From the IMG/VR virus record IMGVR_UViG_3300027804_002812, positions 160,001 through 224,000 of that record: a stretch of 64,000 bases of DNA; one strand, given 5' to 3'. The stretch comes from a virus (lineage: Duplodnaviria > Caudoviricetes). The translations under genes were made by a program, and so were the position numbers. A model generated the notes under the pieces. The model ran no database searches and was not told where the DNA came from. It worked only from the letters and a program-made list of their open reading frames with translations. Shown here piece by piece: positions 17,083 through 27,512 of the stretch. Every line of letters starts with the position of its first letter. The stretch's first letter is position 1.

Positions 17083-17607
17083 ATGAAAAAGATTACACTA
17101 ATACTCCTCTTATTTCTAACCTCTTGTCAATTCTACGTCACCGAAATCAAGAACGTTACGTTGAGTGGAAAATACGTTGTTTCGAGATTGGATATTACTA
17201 GTGTCGACCAAAGCAATCCAAGAATTGAAAAATACAATAATGGTACATGTATAAATAACAATTTTGGTAATCCATTTAACGAGATTACTATAAATAATTT
17301 TTATATTCATTTTGATTATTCTACAGTAAGAATGGGGGGGATTCGAGTGGAAAATGGTCGAGATATTTGGGAATATGGGATGTCCCCAAAAGAAATTTTT
17401 TACCGAGTATCTAATACAACCCCTTTTCATTCAGGTAATCTTGAATTTGATTACTTATCAAAAGATGGTTCCCTCAGGTCAATGAAATTTATTATCGAAG
17501 ATGATGGATTAGAAACTCTCCAATTAAAGTCAACAGGGATTTGGCCAAACAATCAGTTTGGAGAAAAACAAGTCATGACACTGTATTTGACTCGGGTCGG
17601 CCCTTAA
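17083..17607 (+). CDS. Lipoprotein of unknown function
   Basis: MKK...LTSC lipobox; TACATTTG promoter box upstream. Confidence 0.75.
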   Translation: MKKITLILLLFLTSCQFYVTEIKNVTLSGKYVVSRLDITSVDQSNPRIEKYNNGTCINNNFGNPFNEITINNFYIHFDYSTVRMGGIRVENGRDIWEYGMSPKEIFYRVSNTTPFHSGNLEFDYLSKDGSLRSMKFIIEDDGLETLQLKSTGIWPNNQFGEKQVMTLYLTRVGP

Positions 17608-17924
17608 TAAAATTCAGGTTGAGGTATTGAATCTGTATTAACGATATAATATTCGTTTAGAAAAGACATTAATTCATCTTCATCTAATTCAATTTTTTCT
17701 TCTTCATATGAATCTTCTTCAAGGTCATCATCGAAAAAATCAAAAGATTCTGTTATCAAATCGAATCCATAACTTTCAACTACATCATAATTGATAGTGT
17801 CGATTCTCACAACATCTTCTTCGTCCTCAATAGTTCTGAACGAAACTTCCAATAGATTTTTCTCACCGTTAAAGTAGTAAGAGACGATTTCCTTTATTTC
17901 CATATGGCAACAATTTAATAACAA
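17604..17924 (-). CDS. Acidic hypothetical protein
   Basis: ORF; true start probably MEIKE. Confidence 0.7.
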   Translation of the reverse strand: MLLNCCHMEIKEIVSYYFNGEKNLLEVSFRTIEDEEDVVRIDTINYDVVESYGFDLITESFDFFDDDLEEDSYEEEKIELDEDELMSFLNEYYIVNTDSIPQPEFY

Positions 17925-18043
17925 ATATTAGAAAACATATGAAAAGTTATATTTTTGTTATAATAAAATAAAAAAACCCCATATTACTATGGGGTTGAAA
18001 CTCATTTGAGTCGGTCCTACGAGACTATCATAGGAGGGGAATT

Positions 18044-19519
18044 TTATTTTATAATCTTCATTCTACTCATCATTTCAGTAATTTTGTTTTTCTGATTGTG
18101 GAAAGATTCTTGTAAATCTTCATCTATTTCGAATTCTTCTTCATCTTCAACTTCCATCTCATCTATTTCTTCTTCATTATAACTTGTTCTCTGATATGGT
18201 CCTGCTTTACCCGGTCCTTCAGAGTCAAAGTCATATGGAGGATCCATTTCACCATAAATTCCTTGAGAACCTGATACATCGACTTCATCAATTTCATCCG
18301 CGAATGCCGACTCCATGAACATGAAATCCTCTTCTTCTTCCTCTTCTTGACTTCCACATTCTTCCATATACTCTACGATTAAATCTTCACCGAACCAGTC
18401 CTTACACAAATCATGAATTTCATAATAGAAATCAGAATGTAATTCTTGTTCAGTTTCAATAAAAAAAGTATCTAATGCGGTAGTAATAACATTGTCGGCA
18501 TATTCAAATTCATCACCGAAGTCTTTGCAAGCATCGAATTGGTCTTTTTCATATTCAATGAAAGTTAACAAATTCGGATAAGTAATTCCTCTTCTTTTAT
18601 ATCTCATCATATCCTCAGGTGACATTTGTTCTTCCATTTCCCCTTCTGTAGGATATACATCTCCACCTGCCATTGGCCCATCGGAAATAAAGTTGTATGC
18701 TGGATCGATATTACTTAAATCCATATCAGGAGCATTTCCTCCACCTGTATAACCTTGTTCATCGATAGTTTCTGTACCCTTCAACAAATCTTTGTCGATA
18801 AGACCTACTCTCACTAAACGATTCAATAATGTTTTTCTTGGTAATTTTCTCAAATATCTGATTACAATTGGTGGTATATCTTCACCATATTGGCCAAATA
18901 AATTACTCAAAATTTCATTTTCTTTTGGAGTTGGGATAAATGATGCTCTTGCTCTTGATGCTTTCATACCTCTTGAACCTTTTTCGTAAGGCATATCATC
19001 TGTAATATCTTCATCCAATTGGTCTCCAACCTCTAAATCTTCGAATCCATCATCTTCATTATCAGGATCTTCGTATTCGTCTTCTTTGTATAGATTTTTG
19101 TGCATTTTCTCAAATGTATCAACACTATTAGACGGTCCTTCGATGTAATCAAATCCCGCAGATGGATTAAGGTCTGATTCATCATAAATGTCGTCTAATT
19201 TACCAGTGGCTTCTTCCATTTTTCCACTACCACATTGTTCACATATACCTTCACTCATTCTCATTGCTCCACACTCGTCACAAACTTCTGTTTTTTCAAC
19301 TTGTTCGTTAATTCCCATATTTGTATATTTCTTCACTTCACCTTTGTTGTTTACAACCATTCCGTCTTTATCTCCGGCAAAATCGTAAACATGTAAGGGT
19401 TGGGTATTGGAAACCTGTGGTTGCATAGTTTGGTATCCATTGTATAAACTTTTGTGTTGGTCTAAAATATTTTGTTTCTCTGTTGCAGATAATTGACCTA
19501 ATCCGAAGTATCCTCTCAT
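18044..19519 (-). CDS. Highly acidic protein with Cys zinc-ribbon-like motif
   Basis: CDECG...CEQCG; D/E-rich; TATTTAT upstream. Confidence 0.75.
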   Translation of the reverse strand: MRGYFGLGQLSATEKQNILDQHKSLYNGYQTMQPQVSNTQPLHVYDFAGDKDGMVVNNKGEVKKYTNMGINEQVEKTEVCDECGAMRMSEGICEQCGSGKMEEATGKLDDIYDESDLNPSAGFDYIEGPSNSVDTFEKMHKNLYKEDEYEDPDNEDDGFEDLEVGDQLDEDITDDMPYEKGSRGMKASRARASFIPTPKENEILSNLFGQYGEDIPPIVIRYLRKLPRKTLLNRLVRVGLIDKDLLKGTETIDEQGYTGGGNAPDMDLSNIDPAYNFISDGPMAGGDVYPTEGEMEEQMSPEDMMRYKRRGITYPNLLTFIEYEKDQFDACKDFGDEFEYADNVITTALDTFFIETEQELHSDFYYEIHDLCKDWFGEDLIVEYMEECGSQEEEEEEDFMFMESAFADEIDEVDVSGSQGIYGEMDPPYDFDSEGPGKAGPYQRTSYNEEEIDEMEVEDEEEFEIDEDLQESFHNQKNKITEMMSRMKIIK

Positions 19520-19690
19520 AACTAATAGTTTTACTTATAAATACTTTTATTTCTTCGTTTTTTCATTTGACATTATCTCACATAAAATTTATTATTGTAT
19601 TACACAAGTGAGTTCTGTATTTTCATCCGATAGTATCTTGGTAATTTATTTATCGCCTCAATTTATGGACTCACTTGTTTTTTAACTACT

Positions 19691-19945
19691 ATGACAATCA
19701 ACGACTACGATATCCACGAATACGCTGAAGGTGCCATCATCCTTGATGGACTTGACGAGGCAATCATTGGGATTGTTGAGGAGTTCGGAAACGGGCCTCG
19801 TATCCTTTATTCCAAAAACAAAATCCTTAACATTTTATGTGAAAGAGATTTAATGACACACTCAGAGGCCGAAGAGTTTTATGATTACAATATCATCGGT
19901 CTTTACGCTGGAGAACAAAATCCAGTATTTTTGGTTTCCGAGTAA
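19691..19945 (+). CDS. Conserved phage hypothetical protein
   Basis: DGLDEAIIG...EAEEFYDYNIIG. Confidence 0.75.
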   Translation: MTINDYDIHEYAEGAIILDGLDEAIIGIVEEFGNGPRILYSKNKILNILCERDLMTHSEAEEFYDYNIIGLYAGEQNPVFLVSE

Positions 19946-19975
19946 TTTTTTCTTATTATTGTAAAAAACAAAAAA

Positions 19976-20164
19976 ATGTACTGGAAAGTAAATCACAGTA
20001 AACTTAGAAAAGTTCCGGGAAAATATTGGATAATTCCCTGTATATCTATTTGGTATGATCAATATTACTTCTTGGAATCAGGAGTAAACACTCCAGCCTT
20101 TGGTCTTAATGTTTCTTTTTATAATTTTGCTTACGGAATAGTTATACAAAAACAATATTACTAA
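19976..20164 (+). CDS. Hypothetical protein
   Basis: ORF in operon. Confidence 0.55.
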   Translation: MYWKVNHSKLRKVPGKYWIIPCISIWYDQYYFLESGVNTPAFGLNVSFYNFAYGIVIQKQYY

Positions 20165-20175
20165 AATAAAAAAAT

Positions 20176-20400
20176 ATGGCACTACAAACACTAATTTTCA
20201 ACACAAAAACCAAATCCGTCGTAGTTTACGAAGGAGAACATCATTCAAAAATTCTTTATACTTTCCAAGACGTTCCAACCGTAAAAGTTTTGGACACCTA
20301 CTACGAAGTTATGGTTAAACAAGCAAGTGAAGAAGGAGAGATAAGAGTACCTGTAGGTAGATTTCCAGTCTCTAACACAAACATGCTAATCCAAAATTAA
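20176..20400 (+). CDS. Hypothetical protein
   Basis: ORF in operon. Confidence 0.65.
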   Translation: MALQTLIFNTKTKSVVVYEGEHHSKILYTFQDVPTVKVLDTYYEVMVKQASEEGEIRVPVGRFPVSNTNMLIQN

Positions 20401-20403
20401 ATT

Positions 20404-20607
20404 ATGACGAAAAAAATTGTAATTTTAATCAAAAGATTTTTGCCACCACTTTTGTTGGGAATCTTTTTAGTTTTTTCTCTCATACCATTGACGGAATCTA
20501 CAAATTTTTTTGTTTCGACAATCTCGACAATTTTGGGGGGAATTTTAATTTCACTTGTGTTTTATCTACTTTTTTTTCGTATCTTTAGGGGTACTGAAAA
20601 AAAATGA
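20404..20607 (+). CDS. Small 2-TM membrane protein
   Basis: Hydrophobic ORF with ATGA coupling. Confidence 0.6.
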   Translation: MTKKIVILIKRFLPPLLLGIFLVFSLIPLTESTNFFVSTISTILGGILISLVFYLLFFRIFRGTEKK

Positions 20608-21653
20608 ACTTCGACTTAAACATATTGAATGATTACATTGAAAAGGGTTTGGTGGTCAAAAATGACCATCCAACCCTTTCTTTATCTATATACAACTACA
20701 CCAGAAAAACCCAATACGAAAAATTGTGGGACAATATTACCAAAAGTTGTAGAGGATTAATTTTAGATAATCAAGGGAATGTAATCGCGAAGTCATTCGA
20801 CAAGTTTTTCAATTTAGAGGAACATTCTCCTACCGAAATACCCAACGAAGATTTTGAAGTATATGAAAAACTTGATGGGTCTTTGGGTATTTTGTTTTGG
20901 TATCAAGGCAAATGGATTATCGCTAGTAAGGGGTCATTTACTTCAGAACAATCAATTAAGGCAAAACAAATATTAGACGAAAAGTATAATGTGGAACCTA
21001 TCCCAAAAGGATACACTACTTTAGTCGAAATAATTTACCCTCAGAATAGAATCGTATGTGATTACGGTAGTGACGAATCTTTGGTGGTACTATCAATGAT
21101 TAGTAATGCCAACGGTAAAGAACTTGAACATGATTCGTTATTATTGATAAATAAAGAAACTAATATCCCCGTAGTCAAAAAATACGATGGAATTCAAGAC
21201 TACAAGAGTCTTAAATCCACTATCTCCAAAGAAAGGGAGGGTTATGTTATTAAATTCAGAAGTGGTCTTAGAATGAAGATAAAGGGTGAAGATTACGTTT
21301 ATCTTCACAGATTATTGACTGAGTTTTCAAATGTAGATATTTGGGAATATTTGAAAGACAATAAGGATTTGAATGTGTTGTTGGATAGAGTACCTGATGA
21401 ATTTGATTCTTGGGTTAAAAACACCGTAAAAGATTTGGTTGCCAGATATGAAAATATCCTCAAAGATTACACTGAGATATTCAATGAACTGAAATCAAAG
21501 AATTTGGAACAAAAAGATTTTGCTGAGAATGCAAAAGGATATGACCATCCATCAATATTATTCAGTATGTTGAATGGAAAAGATGTTTCACCATTTATTT
21601 GGAAATTAATAAAACCGGAGTACAGTAAACCGTTTTGGCAGAAAGAATCATGA
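20604..21653 (+). CDS. RNA ligase, T4 Rnl1-like
   Basis: CRGLILD, KFFN, EKLDGSL (adenylation Lys), SKGSF, EGYVI, KIK. Confidence 0.9.
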   Translation: MNFDLNILNDYIEKGLVVKNDHPTLSLSIYNYTRKTQYEKLWDNITKSCRGLILDNQGNVIAKSFDKFFNLEEHSPTEIPNEDFEVYEKLDGSLGILFWYQGKWIIASKGSFTSEQSIKAKQILDEKYNVEPIPKGYTTLVEIIYPQNRIVCDYGSDESLVVLSMISNANGKELEHDSLLLINKETNIPVVKKYDGIQDYKSLKSTISKEREGYVIKFRSGLRMKIKGEDYVYLHRLLTEFSNVDIWEYLKDNKDLNVLLDRVPDEFDSWVKNTVKDLVARYENILKDYTEIFNELKSKNLEQKDFAENAKGYDHPSILFSMLNGKDVSPFIWKLIKPEYSKPFWQKES

Positions 21654-21850
21654 AACCGAGTTTAGAAAAAATATTGAATAATCACATTGTACACACTGGA
21701 TTTTTTGATAGGAATTCAGTTGAAAAATGTATGGAACAATCTTATGATTTGGGGACTAAAGAATTTATTGAATGGTTATCAAAACAAGATTATCTATCCG
21801 ACAACATAAACTACATCATCGAAGAATGGAAGAACCAAAATAAATTATGA
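21635..21850 (+). CDS. Hypothetical protein
   Basis: Coupled ORF. Confidence 0.6.
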   Translation: MAERIMKPSLEKILNNHIVHTGFFDRNSVEKCMEQSYDLGTKEFIEWLSKQDYLSDNINYIIEEWKNQNKL

Positions 21851-22179
21851 AATATTATCTTTTGGTTTTGGCGTTTCAAATTATGTTCAATATCTTTAAG
21901 GTGTTGGAAATAAAATATACGTACGAGAACAAGTTGACCCTATTGTTATATAATTCTGTTTACATTAACTTAGTCTCCTTAGCAACAGTTTATTGGTCAT
22001 TGGACCTTCTGTTTGAAGGTGATTGGTGGGTAATTCCATTTTACGTTGGTGGTAGTGTTATTGGAAAATGGATTGCGATGAGACATGTAGAAAACATCAG
22101 ATATAAAATATTCAAACTTTTTGGTAAAAAAATAAGTAAATTACAAAATAAACTACCTAAACAAGATGAAGACAACTAG
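21847..22179 (+). CDS. Membrane protein
   Basis: 3 TM segments. Confidence 0.65.
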   Translation: MKYYLLVLAFQIMFNIFKVLEIKYTYENKLTLLLYNSVYINLVSLATVYWSLDLLFEGDWWVIPFYVGGSVIGKWIAMRHVENIRYKIFKLFGKKISKLQNKLPKQDEDN

Positions 22180-22816
22180 TAAATTCGGTCCATTCAAGGA
22201 CAACAGACCTTTTGATGAGAAAGCTTTGGATTTTCTACAAAGCCTTCTATTTTGGAGAGGTAGAAAAAAAGGAATGGTTTATACCAGGGATATTACTTGG
22301 GACGATATTCGTGCGGTTTTTTTTCCAGAAAATTTTTACGAGAAATATAAATATTTGGGTTCTGTACCTTACAGAGAACTCGGAACTGTATTCAAAGCAA
22401 TGTACCCTTTGGTACTAGCAATGGATTACGAAGCGAAACCTAAAGGTTGCCCAAGATGGTTTCTTCGTTTCTTGCACTTGTTTGGGTCAGATAATTCTAT
22501 TATCAGAGTTCGTAACCTAACTTTACATAATTTGAAAGTGAAACTTACCAAAGGGATTATGATGAATGATTATAAAACAAAGTGGGCGGATTATGATTTG
22601 AGAATTTCAATAAGCGCTCCTGAACATCTTCATAATCTGGCAAATGCAATAGAAGGAGAATATTTTTCTCAAGGAAGACAAAAGGAGTTGGCAGAACAAA
22701 TCAAGGAACTTGACCCAAATGCAAGTATTATTTGGGGTGATGTCAACCGACTTGTAAAACAGTATAACGATTTATTATCTAACGAAAACAAAGAAGTATA
22801 TGACTATATCAGTTGA
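22166..22816 (+). CDS. Hypothetical protein
   Basis: 216-aa coupled ORF. Confidence 0.7.
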   Translation: MKTTSKFGPFKDNRPFDEKALDFLQSLLFWRGRKKGMVYTRDITWDDIRAVFFPENFYEKYKYLGSVPYRELGTVFKAMYPLVLAMDYEAKPKGCPRWFLRFLHLFGSDNSIIRVRNLTLHNLKVKLTKGIMMNDYKTKWADYDLRISISAPEHLHNLANAIEGEYFSQGRQKELAEQIKELDPNASIIWGDVNRLVKQYNDLLSNENKEVYDYIS

Positions 22817-22973
22817 AATATTAATATCAATTTTCTTTGTACTTCTAACACCCATTGTTATTTCTATTCTGTGGGTAAGAGGTATAGATTACATGCATAA
22901 AAATCATCCTGATTATAAAGGATATGATTTATTCGATGAAGATGAAGATGAAAAAGATGATTCAAAAGATTAG
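22800..22973 (+). CDS. Small membrane protein with acidic tail
   Basis: Manual translation MTISVEILISIFFVLL...DEDEDEKDDSKD. Confidence 0.55.
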   Translation: MTISVEILISIFFVLLTPIVISILWVRGIDYMHKNHPDYKGYDLFDEDEDEKDDSKD

Positions 22974-23059
22974 TTTTATTCTAAAAGAGATTTGGAAAGG
23001 GTTTTCCATTTCCAGTTATATTCAACAAAATCACCAACAATTTGGTAAACTATAAAATT

Positions 23060-23350
23060 ATGACAAAGCGATTGACTATAAAACAGAAACAAGAACAATT
23101 TGTGGTAGATGTAATCAACAAAATGTTTGAAATCGCAGGACACCAAGTAACCTACGATGATGTAAAGGATAGGAAAGATGATTGGTATACCCAATGGACA
23201 ATGACCATGGAACAAAATGAACAATGGAAAAAGTGGGGTATGGATTATATGAAACGAGTATTTCGTTGGAATAAAACCCTATGTGAAAGAGAAATGGGAA
23301 TGGTTTCTTTAATGTGGGGATTAAAATTTAGTGATTTCAATAATGAATAA
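23060..23350 (+). CDS. Hypothetical protein
   Basis: ORF; start moved to ATG 23060. Confidence 0.7.
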   Translation: MTKRLTIKQKQEQFVVDVINKMFEIAGHQVTYDDVKDRKDDWYTQWTMTMEQNEQWKKWGMDYMKRVFRWNKTLCEREMGMVSLMWGLKFSDFNNE

Positions 23351-24425
23351 CATAGAAAGACAATATCAACAACTACTCGGAGACATTTTAGAGAATGGAG
23401 TAGAAAAAAAGGATAGAACAGGAACTGGAACCCTTTCCGTTTTTGGTAGACAAATCCGCCATAAAATGAGTGAGGGATTTCCTTTACTTACCACAAAGAA
23501 AATGGCGTGGAAAACTATGGTGACGGAACTCTTATGGTTTCTACGTGGGGATACCAATATCAAATTCTTATTGGATTATGATTGTCATATTTGGGATGGT
23601 GATGCATATAAGAACTATATTACAAAGTTTCGTCAAGAGTGTGTAAACTGCCCCGAGATAACAAAAGAAGAATTCATCAAGGGTATCAAGACAGATGAAA
23701 AACTAGCTGAGTGGTGGGGTGAGTTGGGTCCTATCTATGGAAAACAATGGAGAAATTGGACTAACCAAACTAAAAAGAACCATTATGTTACTCCAGGTCA
23801 ACCAACACATCATGGTATCAAAATTGACCAAATCAAAAATTTGATTGAGGATTTGAAAGATGATCCCGATAGTAGAAGATTGATGGTCAGTGCTTGGAAC
23901 GTTGGTGAACTTCACCAAATGGTACTTCCTCCTTGTCATTATGGATTTCAAGTTTATACAAGAGAGTTAAGTATTGAAGAGCAAGTTGAAGCATACGAGA
24001 AGATGGGTTATGCGAAAAACCTCGATCCATTGGATTATGCACCAAAGAGAGCAATCTCCCTAATGTGGAATCAACGTTCAGTAGATACATTCTTAGGATT
24101 ACCATTTAACATTGCCTCTTATGGATTGTTGTTAGAAATCCTTGCAAAGGAAGTGAATATGGTACCTGATGAATTGATTGGTAATTTGGGTGATGTGCAT
24201 TTATACAAAAATCATATTGACCAAGCTAAAGAACAAATCAGTAGAGAACCATACGAATTACCAAAAGTAGAAATTACCGAAAGGAATTGGTATCAACATG
24301 AAAAAGTAAAAGAACACTTAGGTGAAAAAACTTTCATTGAAAAAATCATGTCCTATAGACCAGAATGTTTTGAATTAATAAATTATCAATCTCACCCGAG
24401 CATCAAAGCTCCTTTATCAAATTGA
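23343..24425 (+). CDS. thyA: Thymidylate synthase
   Basis: DRTGTGT, ELLWFL, GELGPIYG, DSRR, LPPCH, QRSVD, GLPFN, HLY. Confidence 0.96.
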   Translation: MNNIERQYQQLLGDILENGVEKKDRTGTGTLSVFGRQIRHKMSEGFPLLTTKKMAWKTMVTELLWFLRGDTNIKFLLDYDCHIWDGDAYKNYITKFRQECVNCPEITKEEFIKGIKTDEKLAEWWGELGPIYGKQWRNWTNQTKKNHYVTPGQPTHHGIKIDQIKNLIEDLKDDPDSRRLMVSAWNVGELHQMVLPPCHYGFQVYTRELSIEEQVEAYEKMGYAKNLDPLDYAPKRAISLMWNQRSVDTFLGLPFNIASYGLLLEILAKEVNMVPDELIGNLGDVHLYKNHIDQAKEQISREPYELPKVEITERNWYQHEKVKEHLGEKTFIEKIMSYRPECFELINYQSHPSIKAPLSN

Positions 24426-24428
24426 GTC

Positions 24429-24665
24429 ATGCAAGTTGTTATCTTACTTAGTACTGATGTCGAACCTGATATCACAGACCTTATCCTCGAACATAAATTG
24501 GAAGGTGGATATTCAATTGATTACGCTCTCAATTCATTAGTGTCTTATTACAAGGGTAAAGAAATAATAATATTTAACTTCAAAAAATACTTTGCACTTG
24601 ATAATAGATGGAGTGGATATAAAATAGATGATTACGGGACTAAAATTGTTATAAACTTCAAATAA
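24429..24665 (+). CDS. Hypothetical protein
   Basis: ORF in operon. Confidence 0.6.
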   Translation: MQVVILLSTDVEPDITDLILEHKLEGGYSIDYALNSLVSYYKGKEIIIFNFKKYFALDNRWSGYKIDDYGTKIVINFK

Positions 24666-24902
24666 ATGTTACAAGTTACAGAAAAAGTGAAAAATAAAAC
24701 TTACGAAATAAGTTTGAAATCAACAGGTATTGTTGTAGGTTCATTTGTAAACATCGACGGATTCTTTTATTATGACCCACCAAAAAACAGAACTTGGGGG
24801 TATTGGTCTGAAGAATTTCTACGTAGTTTATCAAATGAGATAGAAAAATTAAATTGTCCGATGAACAAAAGTATTGAAGAATTTTTCCATTTAGAAAATT
24901 AA
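24666..24902 (+). CDS. Hypothetical protein
   Basis: ORF in operon. Confidence 0.6.
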   Translation: MLQVTEKVKNKTYEISLKSTGIVVGSFVNIDGFFYYDPPKNRTWGYWSEEFLRSLSNEIEKLNCPMNKSIEEFFHLEN

Positions 24903-25043
24903 ATAAGATATGGAAAATTCAAAAGCAAATTACAAATGTGGTTGGCCTTGGGTATTCCATTATAATTCAAAAGGAAAATTGAATGCAATATTCAAAGCCA
25001 AACTCCCACAAAAAACTATTGAAAATTATATTAAAGGAGATTA

Positions 25044-25256
25044 TTGGTTAAAAAAATGAAAAAAGTTAAAGAAGTATTTGTAATTTTTAATCCTTACGAT
25101 AATGGATACTATGATGGGTATGGATATTTTCGAGGGATTTTGTTTAGTAAAAAATATGCTGAAAAAGAAATGGCAGTTTCAGAAATGGAAAAAATTCTCG
25201 ATAATTCAAGTGGACAAACTTTCTTGAAGATTGAATCATTTAACACTTTCTCGTAA
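25044..25256 (+). CDS. Hypothetical protein
   Basis: ORF in operon. Confidence 0.55.
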   Translation: MVKKMKKVKEVFVIFNPYDNGYYDGYGYFRGILFSKKYAEKEMAVSEMEKILDNSSGQTFLKIESFNTFS

Positions 25257-25317
25257 ATATGAAAGAAATTAAAGAGGATGACTACGGGAGAGAAAATTAA
25301 TCTCTCCCACTTTATTC

Positions 25318-25545
25318 TTAAGACATAAGTTTTTTCCACGAATCAGTAGAACTAATTAGTGCTAAATTAGTCCCATTTTCCCATTTAACACTAATTATCT
25401 TTTCATCTCCATTAGGTTCAAAGGGGTCAGTGGTTACGCCGGTAACTTCACCAATCGTTCCAGGAGGCACACCAATTTCTCCATCCATGTGATAGCACAT
25501 AACTTTATCTCCAACTTTTAATTCCGCATTTAATAATCCTTTCAT
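25318..25545 (-). CDS. DUF4314-like SH3-type protein
   Basis: HMDGE..VPPGTIGEV...VKWENGTNLALI. Confidence 0.6.
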   Translation of the reverse strand: MKGLLNAELKVGDKVMCYHMDGEIGVPPGTIGEVTGVTTDPFEPNGDEKIISVKWENGTNLALISSTDSWKKLMS

Positions 25546-25578
25546 AACAATAAATATATACAATATATTTATATTCAT

Positions 25579-26199
25579 ATGGAATTTTTAATTACAGAAT
25601 CTCAACTAAGAGTACTTCTTCAAGAAGAAGAAAAATCCCAACTTGGATTATACATGAAAAACATGTATGCCTTCACAAAACAAATGTTAAATAAAGTCTT
25701 CAAATCTTATGGTATAAACCTAAGAATGTTGCTGACTTGGGGTACATCAGTTGGAGGTTTGGTTCTTCCTCTTGACCAATATTTGAGAACTCAACATTTA
25801 GCTTTGAATGAAGACCAAAGAATGTTGGTATTAGTGGGAATTATTTTTGCATTATTTTTCGAGACCAAAAGACCATTTGTGAAAATTATGTCCTTAATTA
25901 AGGAAAATGGTTTGGAAGATATTTTTCAGGACGGCCTTCGAAAAGGAACACAATTAAGAGACGCATTTACAAACTTTTTATCGTCTGCTAACACAGGAGT
26001 TGGAACATTTTTGGAGGCGATTGCCTACAGTTTCTTAATTCCTATTATTACAGATGTTCAATCTGTATTAAGTCAAACGGAAGACATTGAAACTGCATCA
26101 ATATTAATCGCCGAAAGATTACTTGCAACTGGTTTAGTTTTGGTTGGGAAACAAGCTTTGATAGATGTGGTGAAAAATATTTTGAAAAAAATAGGGTAA
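25579..26199 (+). CDS. Hypothetical phage protein (ITESQL N-terminal motif)
   Basis: MEFLITESQL; TATTTAT upstream. Confidence 0.75.
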   Translation: MEFLITESQLRVLLQEEEKSQLGLYMKNMYAFTKQMLNKVFKSYGINLRMLLTWGTSVGGLVLPLDQYLRTQHLALNEDQRMLVLVGIIFALFFETKRPFVKIMSLIKENGLEDIFQDGLRKGTQLRDAFTNFLSSANTGVGTFLEAIAYSFLIPIITDVQSVLSQTEDIETASILIAERLLATGLVLVGKQALIDVVKNILKKIG

Positions 26200-26206
26200 C
26201 AATACT

Positions 26207-26593
26207 TTAATCTACAAGATTAACAACTTCGGTACAAACTAATGGATTTTCTATCCCGAAGTAAATTAAAACATCAGATAATAAATCATTGGTTTTACGA
26301 ACTACCATATAATAAGATCCACGTTCGGCGGTTAATGTTCTCTCTCCCGCCAAATCTTTAATTGATGAAAAATATATATCTGACCCTCCTCCTGATGGAA
26401 GAATATAAAGTCTATATTCAATATATTCTTTGTCATTGACTTGTCTATAAATTTTTGTCCCTGTTAATTCCATTTTGAAGTTTGTGTGGAATTTGAAAGA
26501 TTCATCGGCACCGGGAGGAGTCCATTCCAAATTGAATGTATGTGTTTCTAAAAATCTATTGATTTTGTTCCATAACGGACTTGATGGTTCCAT
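26207..26593 (-). CDS. Hypothetical protein
   Basis: 128-aa ORF. Confidence 0.65.
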   Translation of the reverse strand: MEPSSPLWNKINRFLETHTFNLEWTPPGADESFKFHTNFKMELTGTKIYRQVNDKEYIEYRLYILPSGGGSDIYFSSIKDLAGERTLTAERGSYYMVVRKTNDLLSDVLIYFGIENPLVCTEVVNLVD

Positions 26594-26596
26594 ACC

Positions 26597-26869
26597 TTAT
26601 AATTCTTCAATTTCGACCACCAATTGGTCCGATCCTTTTATGACTCTGTGCCAAACAAATTTAGGGATGTGAATATGACTGGACTTAGACAATTTGACCG
26701 GCAATTCATTTTCCATTTGAAATGACCATCCACCATCTTCAATAATGGTTACATTACGATCACTTAAGTCTTGGTGCCACTTTAATTCTTCTTCCTCTAC
26801 ATCAGGACTAAACGTCCTAATTTTTTTATTATCTACTTCTATTTGTTCAAAAGGGAAATCCATTACCAA
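26597..26869 (-). CDS. Small cupin-like protein
   Basis: KWHQD...IHIPKFVWHRVIKG. Confidence 0.55.
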   Translation of the reverse strand: MVMDFPFEQIEVDNKKIRTFSPDVEEEELKWHQDLSDRNVTIIEDGGWSFQMENELPVKLSKSSHIHIPKFVWHRVIKGSDQLVVEIEEL

Positions 26870-27486
26870 GAATTTGAAGATGATAATCCGAGCTGTTTTG
26901 CGTAACGACCTACGTTACAACTCCAGTATCCTGCGGTAGTTCTGTCTTTCTTTTGGTCACATTTATGTCGTGCTCTGAATGATTTCGCAGCACCCTTATT
27001 TTTATTTCTAACTCTCAAGTTAGGGTCTCCAAAAGATACTTTTTTAATACCACCACTCGGAGATTTGACATAAACCGCAAATTTCTTTGGTCCTCCTGAA
27101 GTTCTGAATGGTTTGTTCAACTTAACATTTTTACCTCTATGTTTTGCTTCTTCCAAAACGTCTTCCTCATCTTCTTCTTCAGTTACAAATGGCGCATCAA
27201 GATAGATTAATTGACCCTTAATCATTACTTTTTTACCCAAGTCTGATTCAACCATCAAAGTATCCTCCTCATTCAATTTAATCTTACCCGCTTCCCACAA
27301 TCTTCTCACTTCATTTACCAAATCGAAATAACTTTCAGAATAAGCTCTGAAAATGTTATTTGTTAAAGTCAATTCATTATCAACATGGTATTTCAATGCC
27401 TCAGAAAGTTCAACTGATTCTTTAATAATTAAAGATTTGTTCAAATGTTCTTCTAATGTTTCTTTGATTAGTTCTCTTAAATCCAT
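26863..27486 (-). CDS. Conserved phage protein (DUF6321-like)
   Basis: KKFAVYV...KVSFGDP...FRARHKC...AGYWSC. Confidence 0.65.
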   Translation of the reverse strand: MDLRELIKETLEEHLNKSLIIKESVELSEALKYHVDNELTLTNNIFRAYSESYFDLVNEVRRLWEAGKIKLNEEDTLMVESDLGKKVMIKGQLIYLDAPFVTEEEDEEDVLEEAKHRGKNVKLNKPFRTSGGPKKFAVYVKSPSGGIKKVSFGDPNLRVRNKNKGAAKSFRARHKCDQKKDRTTAGYWSCNVGRYAKQLGLSSSNSW

Positions 27487-27512
27487 TGGTTTGATATTTC
27501 CTATAAATACTC

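Noticed and set aside
23343-24425. Intron or intein in thyA
   Set aside because: The ORF is continuous, with only short insertions and no splicing motifs.
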